Positions 42,270 through 52,471 of a DNA stretch of 63,888 nucleotides are shown piece by piece; the first letter of the stretch is position 1, and the number at the start of each line of letters is the position of its first letter. This DNA comes from Bacteroidota bacterium. Lineage in GTDB: Bacteria > Bacteroidota > Bacteroidia > AKYH767-A > OLB10. Both the position numbers and the translations under genes were made by a program. The stretch covers positions 1 to 63,888 of the forward strand of contig JAHEKC010000006.1 in the NCBI GenBank assembly GCA_024638565.1, given 5' to 3'. The notes beneath the pieces are model-generated. The model was not told the DNA's origin. It did not search any database and saw only the letters and a program-made list of their open reading frames with translations.

Positions 42270-44240
42270 ATGAACCGACTCCTTGGCATTTTCATGCTGG
42301 TGCCGGTCCTGGCCTTTGCATTTTCAGCACGTGCCGATTCGCTGACCCGTGACAGCCTAGATGCAGTCTTAAGGCAGCCATATAACACCCAGGCGCATAT
42401 CGACAGGCTGAATGCGCTTTTAATATCCCTCAAGGAAAAAAGCGGGACTTCCGAAGACCTGCTCAGCGAACAGCGGCAGGTGCTGGAGCTTGCACGAAAG
42501 GAGAAGTACCGCCAGGGGGAGGCCGATGCCCTTGCCAACCTCGTTCGCTTTCACCTGGAGATTTACGAAAGTCCCATTTCGCTTGAATATGCGCTGGAGG
42601 CCGTGAAGATCTACGAGGAGCTTGGCGACAGCGAAAAAGCGGCCAACAACCTCATGCAGATCGGGGTGATTTACTACACCTCCCAGAATTTTACGAAGTC
42701 ACAGGAATTCTACAACCAGGCCATCGAAGGGTATGTGGCGCTCGGCATGCCGGAGAAGCTCTCCACCCTGCACTACCTGTCCGGGCTGAATTATTCCAAA
42801 ATACAGGAACATGACAAGGCGCTGGAGCAGTTCCGGCAGGCGCTATCATTCATGCGGGCGCCGGACGACCACAAGGGCATGGCCGAGTGCCAGACCGGCA
42901 TGGCGGAACTTTTTATCCGGAAAAGCGAACCTGACAGCGCCCTTTACTTTGCCGGCCGGGTCGCGGGGCTGATCGGCTCGCTGGATTCCATCTCCCGGGA
43001 ATACGGGGCCGTAAAGGTGCAGGTACTCCGTTCGGCAGCCTGGCGCCAGAAGGGCTCGGCGGACAGCGCGCTGTACTATGGCCGCCTGGCCCTGGCCGGC
43101 GCCGAAAGCTCATCGTACCGCGAGCTCCGCCTGGATGCCTACCGGCACATGAGTGACGCCCATGTGCTGAACAACGATTATAAAAGTGCCTATATCCTGA
43201 GCGGTCGCTATCACCAGTTGCGTGACAGCCTGTTCAACGAGAAGAACACCATGCGTATTTCTCAGCTGGAGTCGGCCTACGCCCTTCAGAAAAACGAAAA
43301 GCAGATTGCGTTGCTGGAAAAGGAAAAGAAAATCAGGGATATCCTGCTCCGGGGCATCGCCGCCATCGCGGTGCTGGTGCTGGCGCTGTCATTTCTTTTG
43401 TTCAGCAGGTACCAGATCAAGCAAAAGGCCAACCAGAACCTGAAGGAGGCCTACGACAAGCTGAAGGACACCCAGGAGCAGCTGCTGCACCACCGCAAGA
43501 TGGCGTCACTGGGTAGGCTGGCGACGGGCATCTCCCACGAGATCCAGAACCCGCTGAACTTCGTCAACAACTTCGCGGAGATCACCCAGGACCTGCTGAA
43601 AGAAATGGAGGAAACGGGGCTGAACGAAGAGCAGGCGGCGCTGGTGAAGGAGCTGCGCGCGGGCAATCAGAAGATCAGCACCCACGGCACGCGGGCCCAC
43701 AAGATCGTGCGGCGGCTACAGGATCACAGCAACATGACCACCAACCTGATGGAGCCTGCCGATATCAATGCCATCATACGTCATGGCCTGGAACGTGCGA
43801 TGAAGGAAATGCACAGGGAGCACCCGGATTTCAGCTGCAAGGTGGTGAAGCACCTGGACGAGTCCATCCCCTCCATGCGGGTACAGGCCTCGCAGCTCAT
43901 GCGGGTAGTCTACAACATCATGCGAAATGCATTCCAGTCCATCGCGGAAAAGACAGGCCACCATGAAGGCGTTTATATCCCGGAAGTCTCCGTCCAGAGC
44001 GAGGCAGAAGCCGGTCATGTGACCATCCGTTGCAGGGACAATGGTACCGGTATGGATGCGGAATCAAGGGAAAAGGCGTTCGAACCATTTTTTACCACGA
44101 AGCCCACGGGCTCCGCCACCGGCCTGGGATTGAGCATCAGCTACGACATTGTCAACGCGCATCGCGGTGAGATCATGATCGAGTCGGAGTTCGGGAAGTA
44201 TACGGAAGTGACGATACGGCTGCCTTTAGGTCAATCCTGA
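42270..44240 (+). CDS. TPR-repeat sensor histidine kinase (no receiver domain, no adjacent response regulator)
   Basis: A signal peptide, ~340 aa of TPR-like repeats, one TM helix (IAAIAVLVLALSFLLF), a coiled coil, the H-box ASLGRLATGISHEIQNPLNFV, and an ATPase domain with the G-box TGSATGLGLSISYDIV. Confidence 0.85.
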   Translation: MNRLLGIFMLVPVLAFAFSARADSLTRDSLDAVLRQPYNTQAHIDRLNALLISLKEKSGTSEDLLSEQRQVLELARKEKYRQGEADALANLVRFHLEIYESPISLEYALEAVKIYEELGDSEKAANNLMQIGVIYYTSQNFTKSQEFYNQAIEGYVALGMPEKLSTLHYLSGLNYSKIQEHDKALEQFRQALSFMRAPDDHKGMAECQTGMAELFIRKSEPDSALYFAGRVAGLIGSLDSISREYGAVKVQVLRSAAWRQKGSADSALYYGRLALAGAESSSYRELRLDAYRHMSDAHVLNNDYKSAYILSGRYHQLRDSLFNEKNTMRISQLESAYALQKNEKQIALLEKEKKIRDILLRGIAAIAVLVLALSFLLFSRYQIKQKANQNLKEAYDKLKDTQEQLLHHRKMASLGRLATGISHEIQNPLNFVNNFAEITQDLLKEMEETGLNEEQAALVKELRAGNQKISTHGTRAHKIVRRLQDHSNMTTNLMEPADINAIIRHGLERAMKEMHREHPDFSCKVVKHLDESIPSMRVQASQLMRVVYNIMRNAFQSIAEKTGHHEGVYIPEVSVQSEAEAGHVTIRCRDNGTGMDAESREKAFEPFFTTKPTGSATGLGLSISYDIVNAHRGEIMIESEFGKYTEVTIRLPLGQS

Positions 44241-44292
44241 CCCGTCAGGTGGTTTGCGTATCTTTGGTTTACACCTCCAGATTCCGGGCCCT

Positions 44293-45060
44293 ATGAAAAA
44301 CACGATCATGGCGGCCGCCCTTTTTTCGCTGGCTATTCATCTTCCCGCGGCGGCACAGTTGACCCTCACCGACAGTTTCGATTACTGGGAGGACCAGACC
44401 ACGCACAATATCACTGTAAGTGGTGTGACCTTCCAGGGCGCCTATACCTGTGCCAATGACCAGACACTGCGGTGCGGCAACTGCGGCGTGGGTGTGGGTG
44501 CGGCCACGGTGGACATGGCCGTGGCGCCGGGTTGCGACACGGTCATGCTGGTATTCTTCCTGGGCTGGTCGGGAAACCACTCGGTGGTGTCTGTCGACAA
44601 CCTGTGGCAGGGCACGATCGGCATTTTCGGCAGCTGCGATTACGACACCATCCTCGTCTCAAACGCCGCCGCCATCACCGCCGACAGCCTCGTGGAGGTA
44701 CGCGTGCGCGATACCATCCTGGGCTGCAACGGCGACATCCAGATGGCGCGGCTGGATGTGTACAGTTCCGCACCGGCTACGGTGGGTATTCCTTTGCAGG
44801 AGGATGAAAGGGGAAGCCTCCTTTGCCATCCTGACCCTCAATCCAATTTATTAAGACTGGAATGGGTCACTACAGATCCTGATCAGGCACTTACCTTATA
44901 TGACATGGCTGGCCGTGTTGTATTTTCAGATTCATGGCAGCAAGGACCGGGGCCCGTAAAAAAATCAATTGGACTTTCCCTTTCAAACGGCTTTTACCAC
45001 GCTCGTCTGATTTCGGGCAAGGCAAAACGTACCGGGCACTTTTACTGGTTGAAAGAATAA
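44293..45060 (+). CDS. secreted hypothetical protein with T9SS type-A C-terminal sorting domain
   Basis: ATG at 44293 gives MKNTIMAAALFSLAIHLPAAAQ. The C-terminal LLCHPDPQSNLLRLEW...LTLYDMAGRVVFS...NGFYHARLISGKAKRTGHFYW is CTD-like. Confidence 0.6.
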   Translation: MKNTIMAAALFSLAIHLPAAAQLTLTDSFDYWEDQTTHNITVSGVTFQGAYTCANDQTLRCGNCGVGVGAATVDMAVAPGCDTVMLVFFLGWSGNHSVVSVDNLWQGTIGIFGSCDYDTILVSNAAAITADSLVEVRVRDTILGCNGDIQMARLDVYSSAPATVGIPLQEDERGSLLCHPDPQSNLLRLEWVTTDPDQALTLYDMAGRVVFSDSWQQGPGPVKKSIGLSLSNGFYHARLISGKAKRTGHFYWLKE

Positions 45061-45193
45061 TTTTCCTGGCCGGCAGCCTTGTGCAAAGTAGGTTGTCATG
45101 GACTCGGGAATGCATTGACGAATTGCTACTGCCTGCTGCCGCTTGCTTTTGGCATAAGCAGGATACTTCCTGGCAACAGGTTCCGTTGGCAAT

Positions 45194-46327
45194 CTACGCC
45201 TTCACCAAAAACATTTCCTTCAGCTTATCTACCGTAAAGTCGATTTCCTCACGTGTATTGAACTTGCTGAATGAAAAGCGTACCGCCGGGCGGGCGGGGT
45301 CGGCCTTGACGCCGGTAAGCACATGCGAACCTACATCGCTGCCTGACGAACAGGCGCTGCCGCCGGAAGCGGCGATGCCCTCGATGTCGAGGTTAAAAAG
45401 CAGCATCTCCGCGAAATCGCACGGGGGAAAGGAAACATTCAATATGGTATACAGCGACTCCTCCTCCAAATCAGTGTTGAACGCCAGCCCCGGGATCTCA
45501 TCGCGCAGCTTCCCGGCCATATACTCACGCAGCCCTTTAATGTACCGCGATTCGGCATCCATTTTCCTATACGACAGCTCCAGTGCCTTCGCCATCCCGA
45601 TGATGCCATAAATGTTCTCCGTGCCGCCGCGCATATTGCGTTCCTGTGAGCCGCCGGTGATGAATGGCTCGATCTTCACCCGGCTGCTGATATATATGAA
45701 CCCGACGCCCTTCGGTCCGTGAAACTTATGTGCACCGGCGGAAAGGAAATCCGCATGCCATTGCTGCAGGTCCATGGGAAAATGACCCATGGTCTGCACG
45801 GTATCGCTGTGAAACAGGGCTCCGTGTGCCTTGCACAACTGCCCGATCTCTTGCACGGGATGCAGGTTGCCCAGCTCGTTGTTGGCATGCATCAGCGAAA
45901 CGAGGGTATGCTGTTTCGCCTTTAGTTCGTCCTCCAGTTGCTGCAGGTCAATATGTCCCCTGGCATCCGGTGGCATCAACGTGAGACTGATCAGGCCACG
46001 CTTCTCCATTTCCTCGAGCGTATTCAGCACGGCATGATGTTCGATGGGCGAGGAGATGACATGCCGGATGCCGAGGTCCTGCACGCTGCAGCGCAGGGCC
46101 ATGTTATTGGCTTCCGTGCCACCGGAGGTAAAGAAAATCTCGCCGGGGGCGCAGTTCAGCAGTCCGGCCACCGTCTTGCGCGCATGCTCGATCATGCTGC
46201 GTGCTTCCCTCCCCCAGGTGTGAATCGACGATGGGTTGCCGTAGCCGTCATTCAGGACCGGCAGCATGGCTTTAATCACCTCCGGGTCGAGGGGCGTAGT
46301 TGCCGCATTATCAAGGTATACCTTCAT
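45194..46327 (-). CDS. cysteine desulfurase (NifS/IscS family, PLP-dependent)
   Basis: MKVYLDNAATTP, SGGTEANN, the PLP-lysine block GAHKFHGPKGVG and the catalytic loop SGGSACSSG. Confidence 0.9.
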   Translation of the reverse strand: MKVYLDNAATTPLDPEVIKAMLPVLNDGYGNPSSIHTWGREARSMIEHARKTVAGLLNCAPGEIFFTSGGTEANNMALRCSVQDLGIRHVISSPIEHHAVLNTLEEMEKRGLISLTLMPPDARGHIDLQQLEDELKAKQHTLVSLMHANNELGNLHPVQEIGQLCKAHGALFHSDTVQTMGHFPMDLQQWHADFLSAGAHKFHGPKGVGFIYISSRVKIEPFITGGSQERNMRGGTENIYGIIGMAKALELSYRKMDAESRYIKGLREYMAGKLRDEIPGLAFNTDLEEESLYTILNVSFPPCDFAEMLLFNLDIEGIAASGGSACSSGSDVGSHVLTGVKADPARPAVRFSFSKFNTREEIDFTVDKLKEMFLVKA

Positions 46328-46540
46328 AAAAAACAATCTTTTTTCAAGGCGTACGAAGTTACGAAAACAGGGTGAAATCTGAAAAGTTTGCGGTCCGCCG
46401 TTCGTGGTTTATAACTGGTTGAAACCGGAGGCAGATGGCAAGCCTCATCCTTCAGCTATCAACCTTCAACCACGTAATATAGACCGTCGCATTTCAAGGT
46501 TTTGCGAAAAATTCATTCGGTCCAAAAGGTATACAGCTTT

Positions 46541-47599
46541 TCACTGATCCCCAGCCTGACTGTCCCTCATTTCTCCCTCGTTCCATTCTACCAGGAATTC
46601 CTGAAACGTGGTGTCCTTGTATGCATCGTCCCCGAAATAGTGCAGGATAACTTCAAATCGACCGGTGGCGATGAAATATGGCGCCAGGTCAAGCCGTTTC
46701 AGCTCTTCATCCAGGATCAGGGTTGAAGGAAGTGAAAAGGTGCCCCCGGTAAGCTTCCGTACCACGGGATTAAAGGGAAACTGCTGCGATTCGATGCCGC
46801 CGAACCTAATGCCGTCGTACTCCACGGTGTCAGGAGACTGTACGTTCAGGTCGACCAGGTAGAAGTTATCCTCCAGGTAATCGCGGTAAGCAGAATCGGA
46901 ATACGTGGACACACGGTTCATCCGGCAGGTGAGGCACCAGTCCGTACCCATGCCGATGATCATCTTCTTCGGCATCCGGCGGTGCTTTTCCAGTGCCTCT
47001 GAAAGCGAAAGCATACGGATCATGCGCCCGGCGGACAATGAGTCCCTGAATGTAGTGGCAAACGCGGCCTTGAAGTCCTCGTACTGTGCGGCCCGGTAAC
47101 CGTTCTCAACCACATAAACCAGCAGCGGCTCGATAGTCTGTTCATCAAGGTACCCGGTAGTATTGAGCGCGTACTGGTAGTCTGGCGTGACGAAGACCGT
47201 GGAAGGATAGCTCAGCTTGCTCCCGAGCATTTTGATGGTGAAATCATGAGGTGGCCGCCGGCCCTCGCTGTTGTTCACATACATGGTGTCGCGGTAAAAA
47301 ACGGTATCCCGCGTTTCGGCATCGAATTTGACCGGGTAATACCAGGTGTTGATATAACCGGCCAGTGAAGGGTTAGAATAGGTGGTCTGCATCATGCGTT
47401 TGCACCACCCGCACCACGAGGTGTAGAAATCTATCAGCAGCGGCTTCGGTGCTTTTTTCACGGCATCCTGCGCTTCTTCAAGCGTCAGCCACTTCACCAG
47501 TCCGCTTTCCGGAGAAGGCTGCTGGGCAACCGCGGGACCCTGCATGCTGGCGAGCGCCAATACGCAAATCCAGCAACAGATACGCGGGCTGAATGTCAT
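46541..47599 (-). CDS. secreted thioredoxin-fold protein with two CxxC-containing domains
   Basis: A signal peptide from the ATG at 47599 (MTFSPRICCWICVLALASMQGPAVAQ). The first motif is YTSWCGWCKRM and the second is GTDWCLTCRM. Confidence 0.65.
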   Translation of the reverse strand: MTFSPRICCWICVLALASMQGPAVAQQPSPESGLVKWLTLEEAQDAVKKAPKPLLIDFYTSWCGWCKRMMQTTYSNPSLAGYINTWYYPVKFDAETRDTVFYRDTMYVNNSEGRRPPHDFTIKMLGSKLSYPSTVFVTPDYQYALNTTGYLDEQTIEPLLVYVVENGYRAAQYEDFKAAFATTFRDSLSAGRMIRMLSLSEALEKHRRMPKKMIIGMGTDWCLTCRMNRVSTYSDSAYRDYLEDNFYLVDLNVQSPDTVEYDGIRFGGIESQQFPFNPVVRKLTGGTFSLPSTLILDEELKRLDLAPYFIATGRFEVILHYFGDDAYKDTTFQEFLVEWNEGEMRDSQAGDQ

Positions 47600-47641
47600 C
47601 GACACAAAATTACAGGATAAATTGCCGGAAGGCAAATCGGG

Positions 47642-48358
47642 TCATCCGGCAGGCACCGCTTCGGAGAACTTGTACCCGATGCCGCGCACCGAGTGAAAAT
47701 ACCGGGGCCTGGACGGGTCCGGCTCGAAATACTTGCGAAAAGTCACGATGTAGTTATCAATGGTCCGGGTGGACGGGTAAATATCATATCCCCAGACAAT
47801 CTCCAGTATGTGTTCCCGTGACACCACTTCATTCTTGCGCTCAACCAGCAGCCGGAGCAGGGCCGCCTCTTTCTTGGTCAGGTTAATGGTACCTTTTCCC
47901 GGCACCTCTGCCTCGTGCCGTGAAAAGTTGATCCTGTAACCGTCAAAGCTGTATTCGGACAGCGGCTCGCCATCCTTCCTCGTGCTGCGCCGAACGAGGT
48001 TATTGACACGCAACAGCAACTCTTCCAGGTTGAACGGCTTGGACAGGTAATCATCGGCGCCGATCTTTAGGCCATGGATCCTGTCGGCGGCAGAATTCTT
48101 GGCGGTGAGGAAGAGAACCGGCAACTCACTGTTTACCAGTCGGATCGATTCGCATACAGAAAATCCGTCGATCTCGGGCAGCATGACATCGAGGATCACC
48201 AGGTTGAACCGCGCCTGCTTGACAGCCTTCAGTGCGGCCCGGCCGTCCTCTGCAAGCGTTACATGGTACCCTTCCAGCTCAAGATTCAGCTTGACAGTCT
48301 CGGCGAGGGATTGTTCATCCTCCACGAGCAGGATCCTTTTAGCAGCTACCGCTTCCAT
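47642..48358 (-). CDS. OmpR/PhoB-type response regulator transcription factor
   Basis: Receiver domain ILLVEDE...LVILDVMLPEIDGF...TAK. The winged-helix C-terminus ends HSVRGIGYKF. Confidence 0.9.
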   Translation of the reverse strand: MEAVAAKRILLVEDEQSLAETVKLNLELEGYHVTLAEDGRAALKAVKQARFNLVILDVMLPEIDGFSVCESIRLVNSELPVLFLTAKNSAADRIHGLKIGADDYLSKPFNLEELLLRVNNLVRRSTRKDGEPLSEYSFDGYRINFSRHEAEVPGKGTINLTKKEAALLRLLVERKNEVVSREHILEIVWGYDIYPSTRTIDNYIVTFRKYFEPDPSRPRYFHSVRGIGYKFSEAVPAG

Positions 48359-48489
48359 ATATCAAAGATAACCAAGGTGTCTGAAGGAATAAACAGGTGC
48401 GATAGCGAAATGTTAATCCATTGTCAAAATTCCACCAGCTTCAGGCACGGATTTCATGTGCAAGCCTGCATTTTTAATATGTTTGTTAG

Positions 48490-49593
48490 ATGTATGAAGC
48501 CATTGATAGCGGTGTGTCAGCGGAATTGCAGGCCATAGACGACAAGATACTGGAAGGCGGGCGCCTTGATGGTGATGACGCATTGCTGATGTATGAAAAC
48601 GCTTCCCCCGCATGGGTTGGCATGCTGGCCCACCGGGAAAAAATCCGTCGTCACGGAGAGCGGGTTTTTTACAACCGCAATTTTCATATCGAACCCACCA
48701 ATGTATGTGTCTTTGCTTGCAGTTTCTGTTCTTACTCCAGGCTTTACAAGCACAGGGAAGAAGGATGGGAGCTGAGCAGGGAGGAAATGCTGAACCTGGT
48801 GAAGGCCTATGACGGCAAGCCGGTTACCGAGGTGCATATCGTCGGGGGTGTACACCCCCGCCTGGACCTGGAATTTTTCTGCGGGCTGATTCGTGACATA
48901 AGGAAGCACAGGCCCGGCCTGCACGTGAAGGCCTTTACCGCGGTGGAGCTTGAATATATGATCCGCAAGGCGGGTTTAAGCTGGAAGGAAGGACTTAAAA
49001 GGCTTAAGGATTCCGGACTCGACTCACTTCCCGGTGGAGGGGCGGAGATCTTTGATCCTGTTGTCCGTGACGAAATTTGCGGGGACAAGTGCACGTCGGA
49101 ACAGTGGCTGGAAATCCACGGGACAGCGCACGACCTGGGCATACCTTCCAATGCCACGATGCTGTACGGGCACATTGAAACATACACACACCGGGTGGAC
49201 CATATGAACCGGTTGCGCGACCTGCAGGACCGTACCGGCGGGTTCAACGCATTCATACCGCTTAAATTCAGGAACCGTAACAACGACATGTCGGATGTCG
49301 CAGAGGTGACCGTCATCGAGGACCTGAAGAATTATGCGGTGGCGCGATTGTTCATGGATAACATCCCGCACATTAAAGCTTACTGGCCCATGATTGGCAA
49401 GCAGACGGCGCAGCTCGCGCTGGGCTGGGGTGTCGACGACCTGGACGGCACCATCGACGATTCCACCAAAATCTATTCCATGGCGGGCGCCGAGGAGCAG
49501 CACCCCGCGATGACCACGGAAGAAATCAGCCTCCTGGCCCGGCAAAGCCGGGGCGAGGCCATGGAGCGGGACTCCCTGTACCGTTTAGTGTAG
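48490..49593 (+). CDS. radical SAM enzyme of the futalosine-pathway MqnE/MqnC family (aminofutalosine synthase-like)
   Basis: Radical SAM cluster motif CVFACSFCSY preceded by FHIEPTNV. HIVGGVHP and LPGGGAEIF blocks are typical of the CofH/MqnC/MqnE group. I cannot assign the subfamily by eye. Confidence 0.6.
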   Translation: MYEAIDSGVSAELQAIDDKILEGGRLDGDDALLMYENASPAWVGMLAHREKIRRHGERVFYNRNFHIEPTNVCVFACSFCSYSRLYKHREEGWELSREEMLNLVKAYDGKPVTEVHIVGGVHPRLDLEFFCGLIRDIRKHRPGLHVKAFTAVELEYMIRKAGLSWKEGLKRLKDSGLDSLPGGGAEIFDPVVRDEICGDKCTSEQWLEIHGTAHDLGIPSNATMLYGHIETYTHRVDHMNRLRDLQDRTGGFNAFIPLKFRNRNNDMSDVAEVTVIEDLKNYAVARLFMDNIPHIKAYWPMIGKQTAQLALGWGVDDLDGTIDDSTKIYSMAGAEEQHPAMTTEEISLLARQSRGEAMERDSLYRLV

Positions 49594-49777
49594 CCCATCG
49601 CACCGGTTTTCTGTTACGGGCAGACGGGTTGATAAATTTGGATTTTTTTACATCTTTGCGCCGATGCCATGCAAATCCAAACACCCCAGGGTTAAACGGG
49701 ATAAGGTCCGCCAGGACCGGTAAACCCAGGCATCAGCCGATTCCATTCCCGTATTACCTTTCAACATCCTTCTTACC

Positions 49778-50995
49778 ATGTTACGCAATTCCATGCACCT
49801 GCCTGCACCCATGTTATCAGAAATCGCCGACACCTTCGGCACGCCACTGTACATTTACAATGCCGACCGCATCCGGCAGCAGTACGAACGCCTGGACCGT
49901 GCATTCAGCGGTACCCGCATGCGTGTTTTCTACGCATGCAAGGCCCTGTCAAACGTGAACATCCTCCGTTTCATGCATGGCCTGGGTGCGGGGCTGGATA
50001 CGGTATCCCTTGGAGAAATCCGGCTGGGCCTGGCAGCGGGGTTCAGGCCCGATGACATCATCTTCACCCCCAACTGTGTTGACCTGGAAGAGATCATCAC
50101 TGCCAAGGACCTGGGGGTGAATGTCAACATAGACAACATCTCTATCCTTGAGCAATTCGGAAACAGGTTCGGAGACAGTTACCCGGTTTGCATCCGGATC
50201 AATCCTCACATCATGGCAGGTGGCAACTACAAGATCTCCACGGGCCATATCGACAGCAAGTTCGGTATATCCATCCATCAGCTCAGGCATATCGAGCGGC
50301 TGGTTAAGTCAACCGGGATATATGTCAAGGGCCTTCATATGCACACCGGATCGGAAATCATGGATACCGATGTATTCCTGCGCGGGGTGGAGATCCTTTA
50401 CGAGCTGGCTGAACACTTTCCCCGCATCAGCTTTATCGACATGGGCAGCGGATTCAAGGTACCCTACCAGCCTGGCGAGCCCTCTACCGATATCGAGGAG
50501 CTGGGTGCCCGGATGACCGAAAGCTTCAATGGCTTTTCAAAGAAATTCGACCATGACATCGAACTATGGTTCGAACCTGGCAAATACCTAGTGAGTGAAT
50601 CGGGATACCTGGTCGCCAGTACCAGTGTGGTGAAGCAGACCACCGCCACGGTATTCGTCGGGCTCAATACCGGTTTCAACCACCTGGTCAGGCCCATGTT
50701 TTACGATGCCTACCACTCTATCGGTAATATCTCGAACCCTGAAGGGACGGAGCGTATCTACACGGTGGTCGGAAATATCTGCGAAACGGACACCTTCGCA
50801 TGGGACCGCAAGCTGAATGAAGTCCGCGAAGGGGACCGGCTGTGCTTTTACAATGCGGGCGCCTACGGTTTCGAGATGTCGTCAAACTTCAACTCCCGCC
50901 TCCGCCCCGCGGAGGTCATGGTCGAAAACGGTGAAGCAAAGCTGATCAGGAAACGGGAAACCTTCGAGGACCTGCTACGGAACCAGGTGGTTTAA
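49778..50995 (+). CDS. lysA: diaminopimelate decarboxylase
   Basis: TPLYIYN, the PLP-lysine block FYACKA, HMHTGS, EPGKYLV and GNICETD are fold-type III decarboxylase signatures. Confidence 0.9.
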   Translation: MLRNSMHLPAPMLSEIADTFGTPLYIYNADRIRQQYERLDRAFSGTRMRVFYACKALSNVNILRFMHGLGAGLDTVSLGEIRLGLAAGFRPDDIIFTPNCVDLEEIITAKDLGVNVNIDNISILEQFGNRFGDSYPVCIRINPHIMAGGNYKISTGHIDSKFGISIHQLRHIERLVKSTGIYVKGLHMHTGSEIMDTDVFLRGVEILYELAEHFPRISFIDMGSGFKVPYQPGEPSTDIEELGARMTESFNGFSKKFDHDIELWFEPGKYLVSESGYLVASTSVVKQTTATVFVGLNTGFNHLVRPMFYDAYHSIGNISNPEGTERIYTVVGNICETDTFAWDRKLNEVREGDRLCFYNAGAYGFEMSSNFNSRLRPAEVMVENGEAKLIRKRETFEDLLRNQVV

Positions 50996-51160
50996 ACGGT
51001 GCTCGTGTGACGGTTGCGCGGCTCGTTACGTCTATCGTCGTTCGGCAGGCACGGTGTTCGAATAATCAAAGTGCAAAAGCCGTTAAAAGACCCAGGCCTG
51101 CTGATCCAGGTCAAGTGCACGCTGAAGCGAAAAACCTAACCGGAAATCGATCAGTGGTTT

Positions 51161-52471
51161 TCAGGCCATCGACATGGCGGAGGACTTGCGCGCGGCGGAT
51201 TTCTTCCTGGAATCGATTCCGAAAGCCTTCCTGACCGCACTCACGGCATTGAGCTCTTCCCACGGGAACAGCTTTACCTTGACCCGCTTTTCATTCTCGC
51301 GGCCCTTGTTGAATACCTTCTCAACCACCTTGCACTCCCGGCCCATGTGGCCATAAGCCGCAGTCTCCTGGTAAATGGGCGTACGCAGGCGGAACCGCCG
51401 TTCGATATGATAAGGCCGCATGTCGAACTCCGGCATCCTGGAGACGATCGCGGCAATCTGGCTATCGGACTTGTTCACCCGTGCGGTCCCGAATGTATTC
51501 ACATAAAGCCCAACCGGGCGTGCCACGCCGATGGCATAGGCTACCTGCACAAGTGCTTCGTCGCATACCCCGGCTTCCACCAGGTGCTTGGCGATATGCC
51601 GGGTGGCATAGGCCGCGGAACGGTCCACCTTCGACGGATCCTTCCCGGAGAAAGCACCGCCGCCGTGTGCACCGCGCCCCCCGTAGGTATCGACGATAAT
51701 CTTCCTGCCTGTCAGTCCCGTGTCGCCATGCGGGCCGCCGATGACGAACTTGCCCGTGGGATTGACATGGTATTTTATTTTTTCATTGAACATTTCCTGT
51801 ACACGCTTGGGAAGCTTCTTGCGTACCCGTGGAATGAGAATGTTGATGACGTCCTCCTTGATCTTCCTGAGCATGGCCCCGTCCCGCCCGAAATCGTCGT
51901 GCTGGGTTGACACCACAATGGCGTCGATCCGGATGGGCCGGTTATCGTCGTCGTATTCGACCGTCACCTGTGACTTGGCATCCGGCCGCAGGTAGGTCAT
52001 CTCCTTGCCCTCCCGGCGAATGGCGGCGAGCTCACGAAGGAGCATATGGGCCAGCTCCAGCGGGAGCGGCATCAGGTTATTCGTTTCCCGGCATGCATAC
52101 CCGAACATCATGCCCTGGTCTCCCGCACCCTGGTCCTCGGGGTTCCGCCGTTCCACGCCCTGGTTGATGTCGGGCGACTGCTCGTGGATGGCCGAAAAGA
52201 CGCCGCACGAATGTGCCTCGAACATGTATTCACTCCGGGTATATCCGATCCGCCTGATCACGTCGCGTGCGATATCCTGCACATCGAGGTAGGCCTTGGA
52301 CTTCACTTCACCGGCGAGGACCACCTGTCCGGTGGTCACCAGCGTCTCGCAAGCCACCTTCGAGGCGGGGTCATAAGCCAGGAAATGGTCGATCAGCGCA
52401 TCAGAAATCTGGTCTGCGACCTTATCGGGATGGCCCTCCGAAACGGATTCGGAGGTAAACAAATAGGGCAT
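51161..52471 (-). CDS. metK: S-adenosylmethionine synthetase
   Basis: [33 protein letters not shown] and [19 protein letters not shown]. Confidence 0.95.
   Translation of the reverse strand: MPYLFTSESVSEGHPDKVADQISDALIDHFLAYDPASKVACETLVTTGQVVLAGEVKSKAYLDVQDIARDVIRRIGYTRSEYMFEAHSCGVFSAIHEQSPDINQGVERRNPEDQGAGDQGMMFGYACRETNNLMPLPLELAHMLLRELAAIRREGKEMTYLRPDAKSQVTVEYDDDNRPIRIDAIVVSTQHDDFGRDGAMLRKIKEDVINILIPRVRKKLPKRVQEMFNEKIKYHVNPTGKFVIGGPHGDTGLTGRKIIVDTYGGRGAHGGGAFSGKDPSKVDRSAAYATRHIAKHLVEAGVCDEALVQVAYAIGVARPVGLYVNTFGTARVNKSDSQIAAIVSRMPEFDMRPYHIERRFRLRTPIYQETAAYGHMGRECKVVEKVFNKGRENEKRVKVKLFPWEELNAVSAVRKAFGIDSRKKSAARKSSAMSMA

Noticed and set aside
49594-49777. Lysine (L-box) riboswitch upstream of lysA.
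   Set aside because: The leader is about half the length of an L-box and lacks its conserved core. It is retained only as a generic structured-leader candidate.
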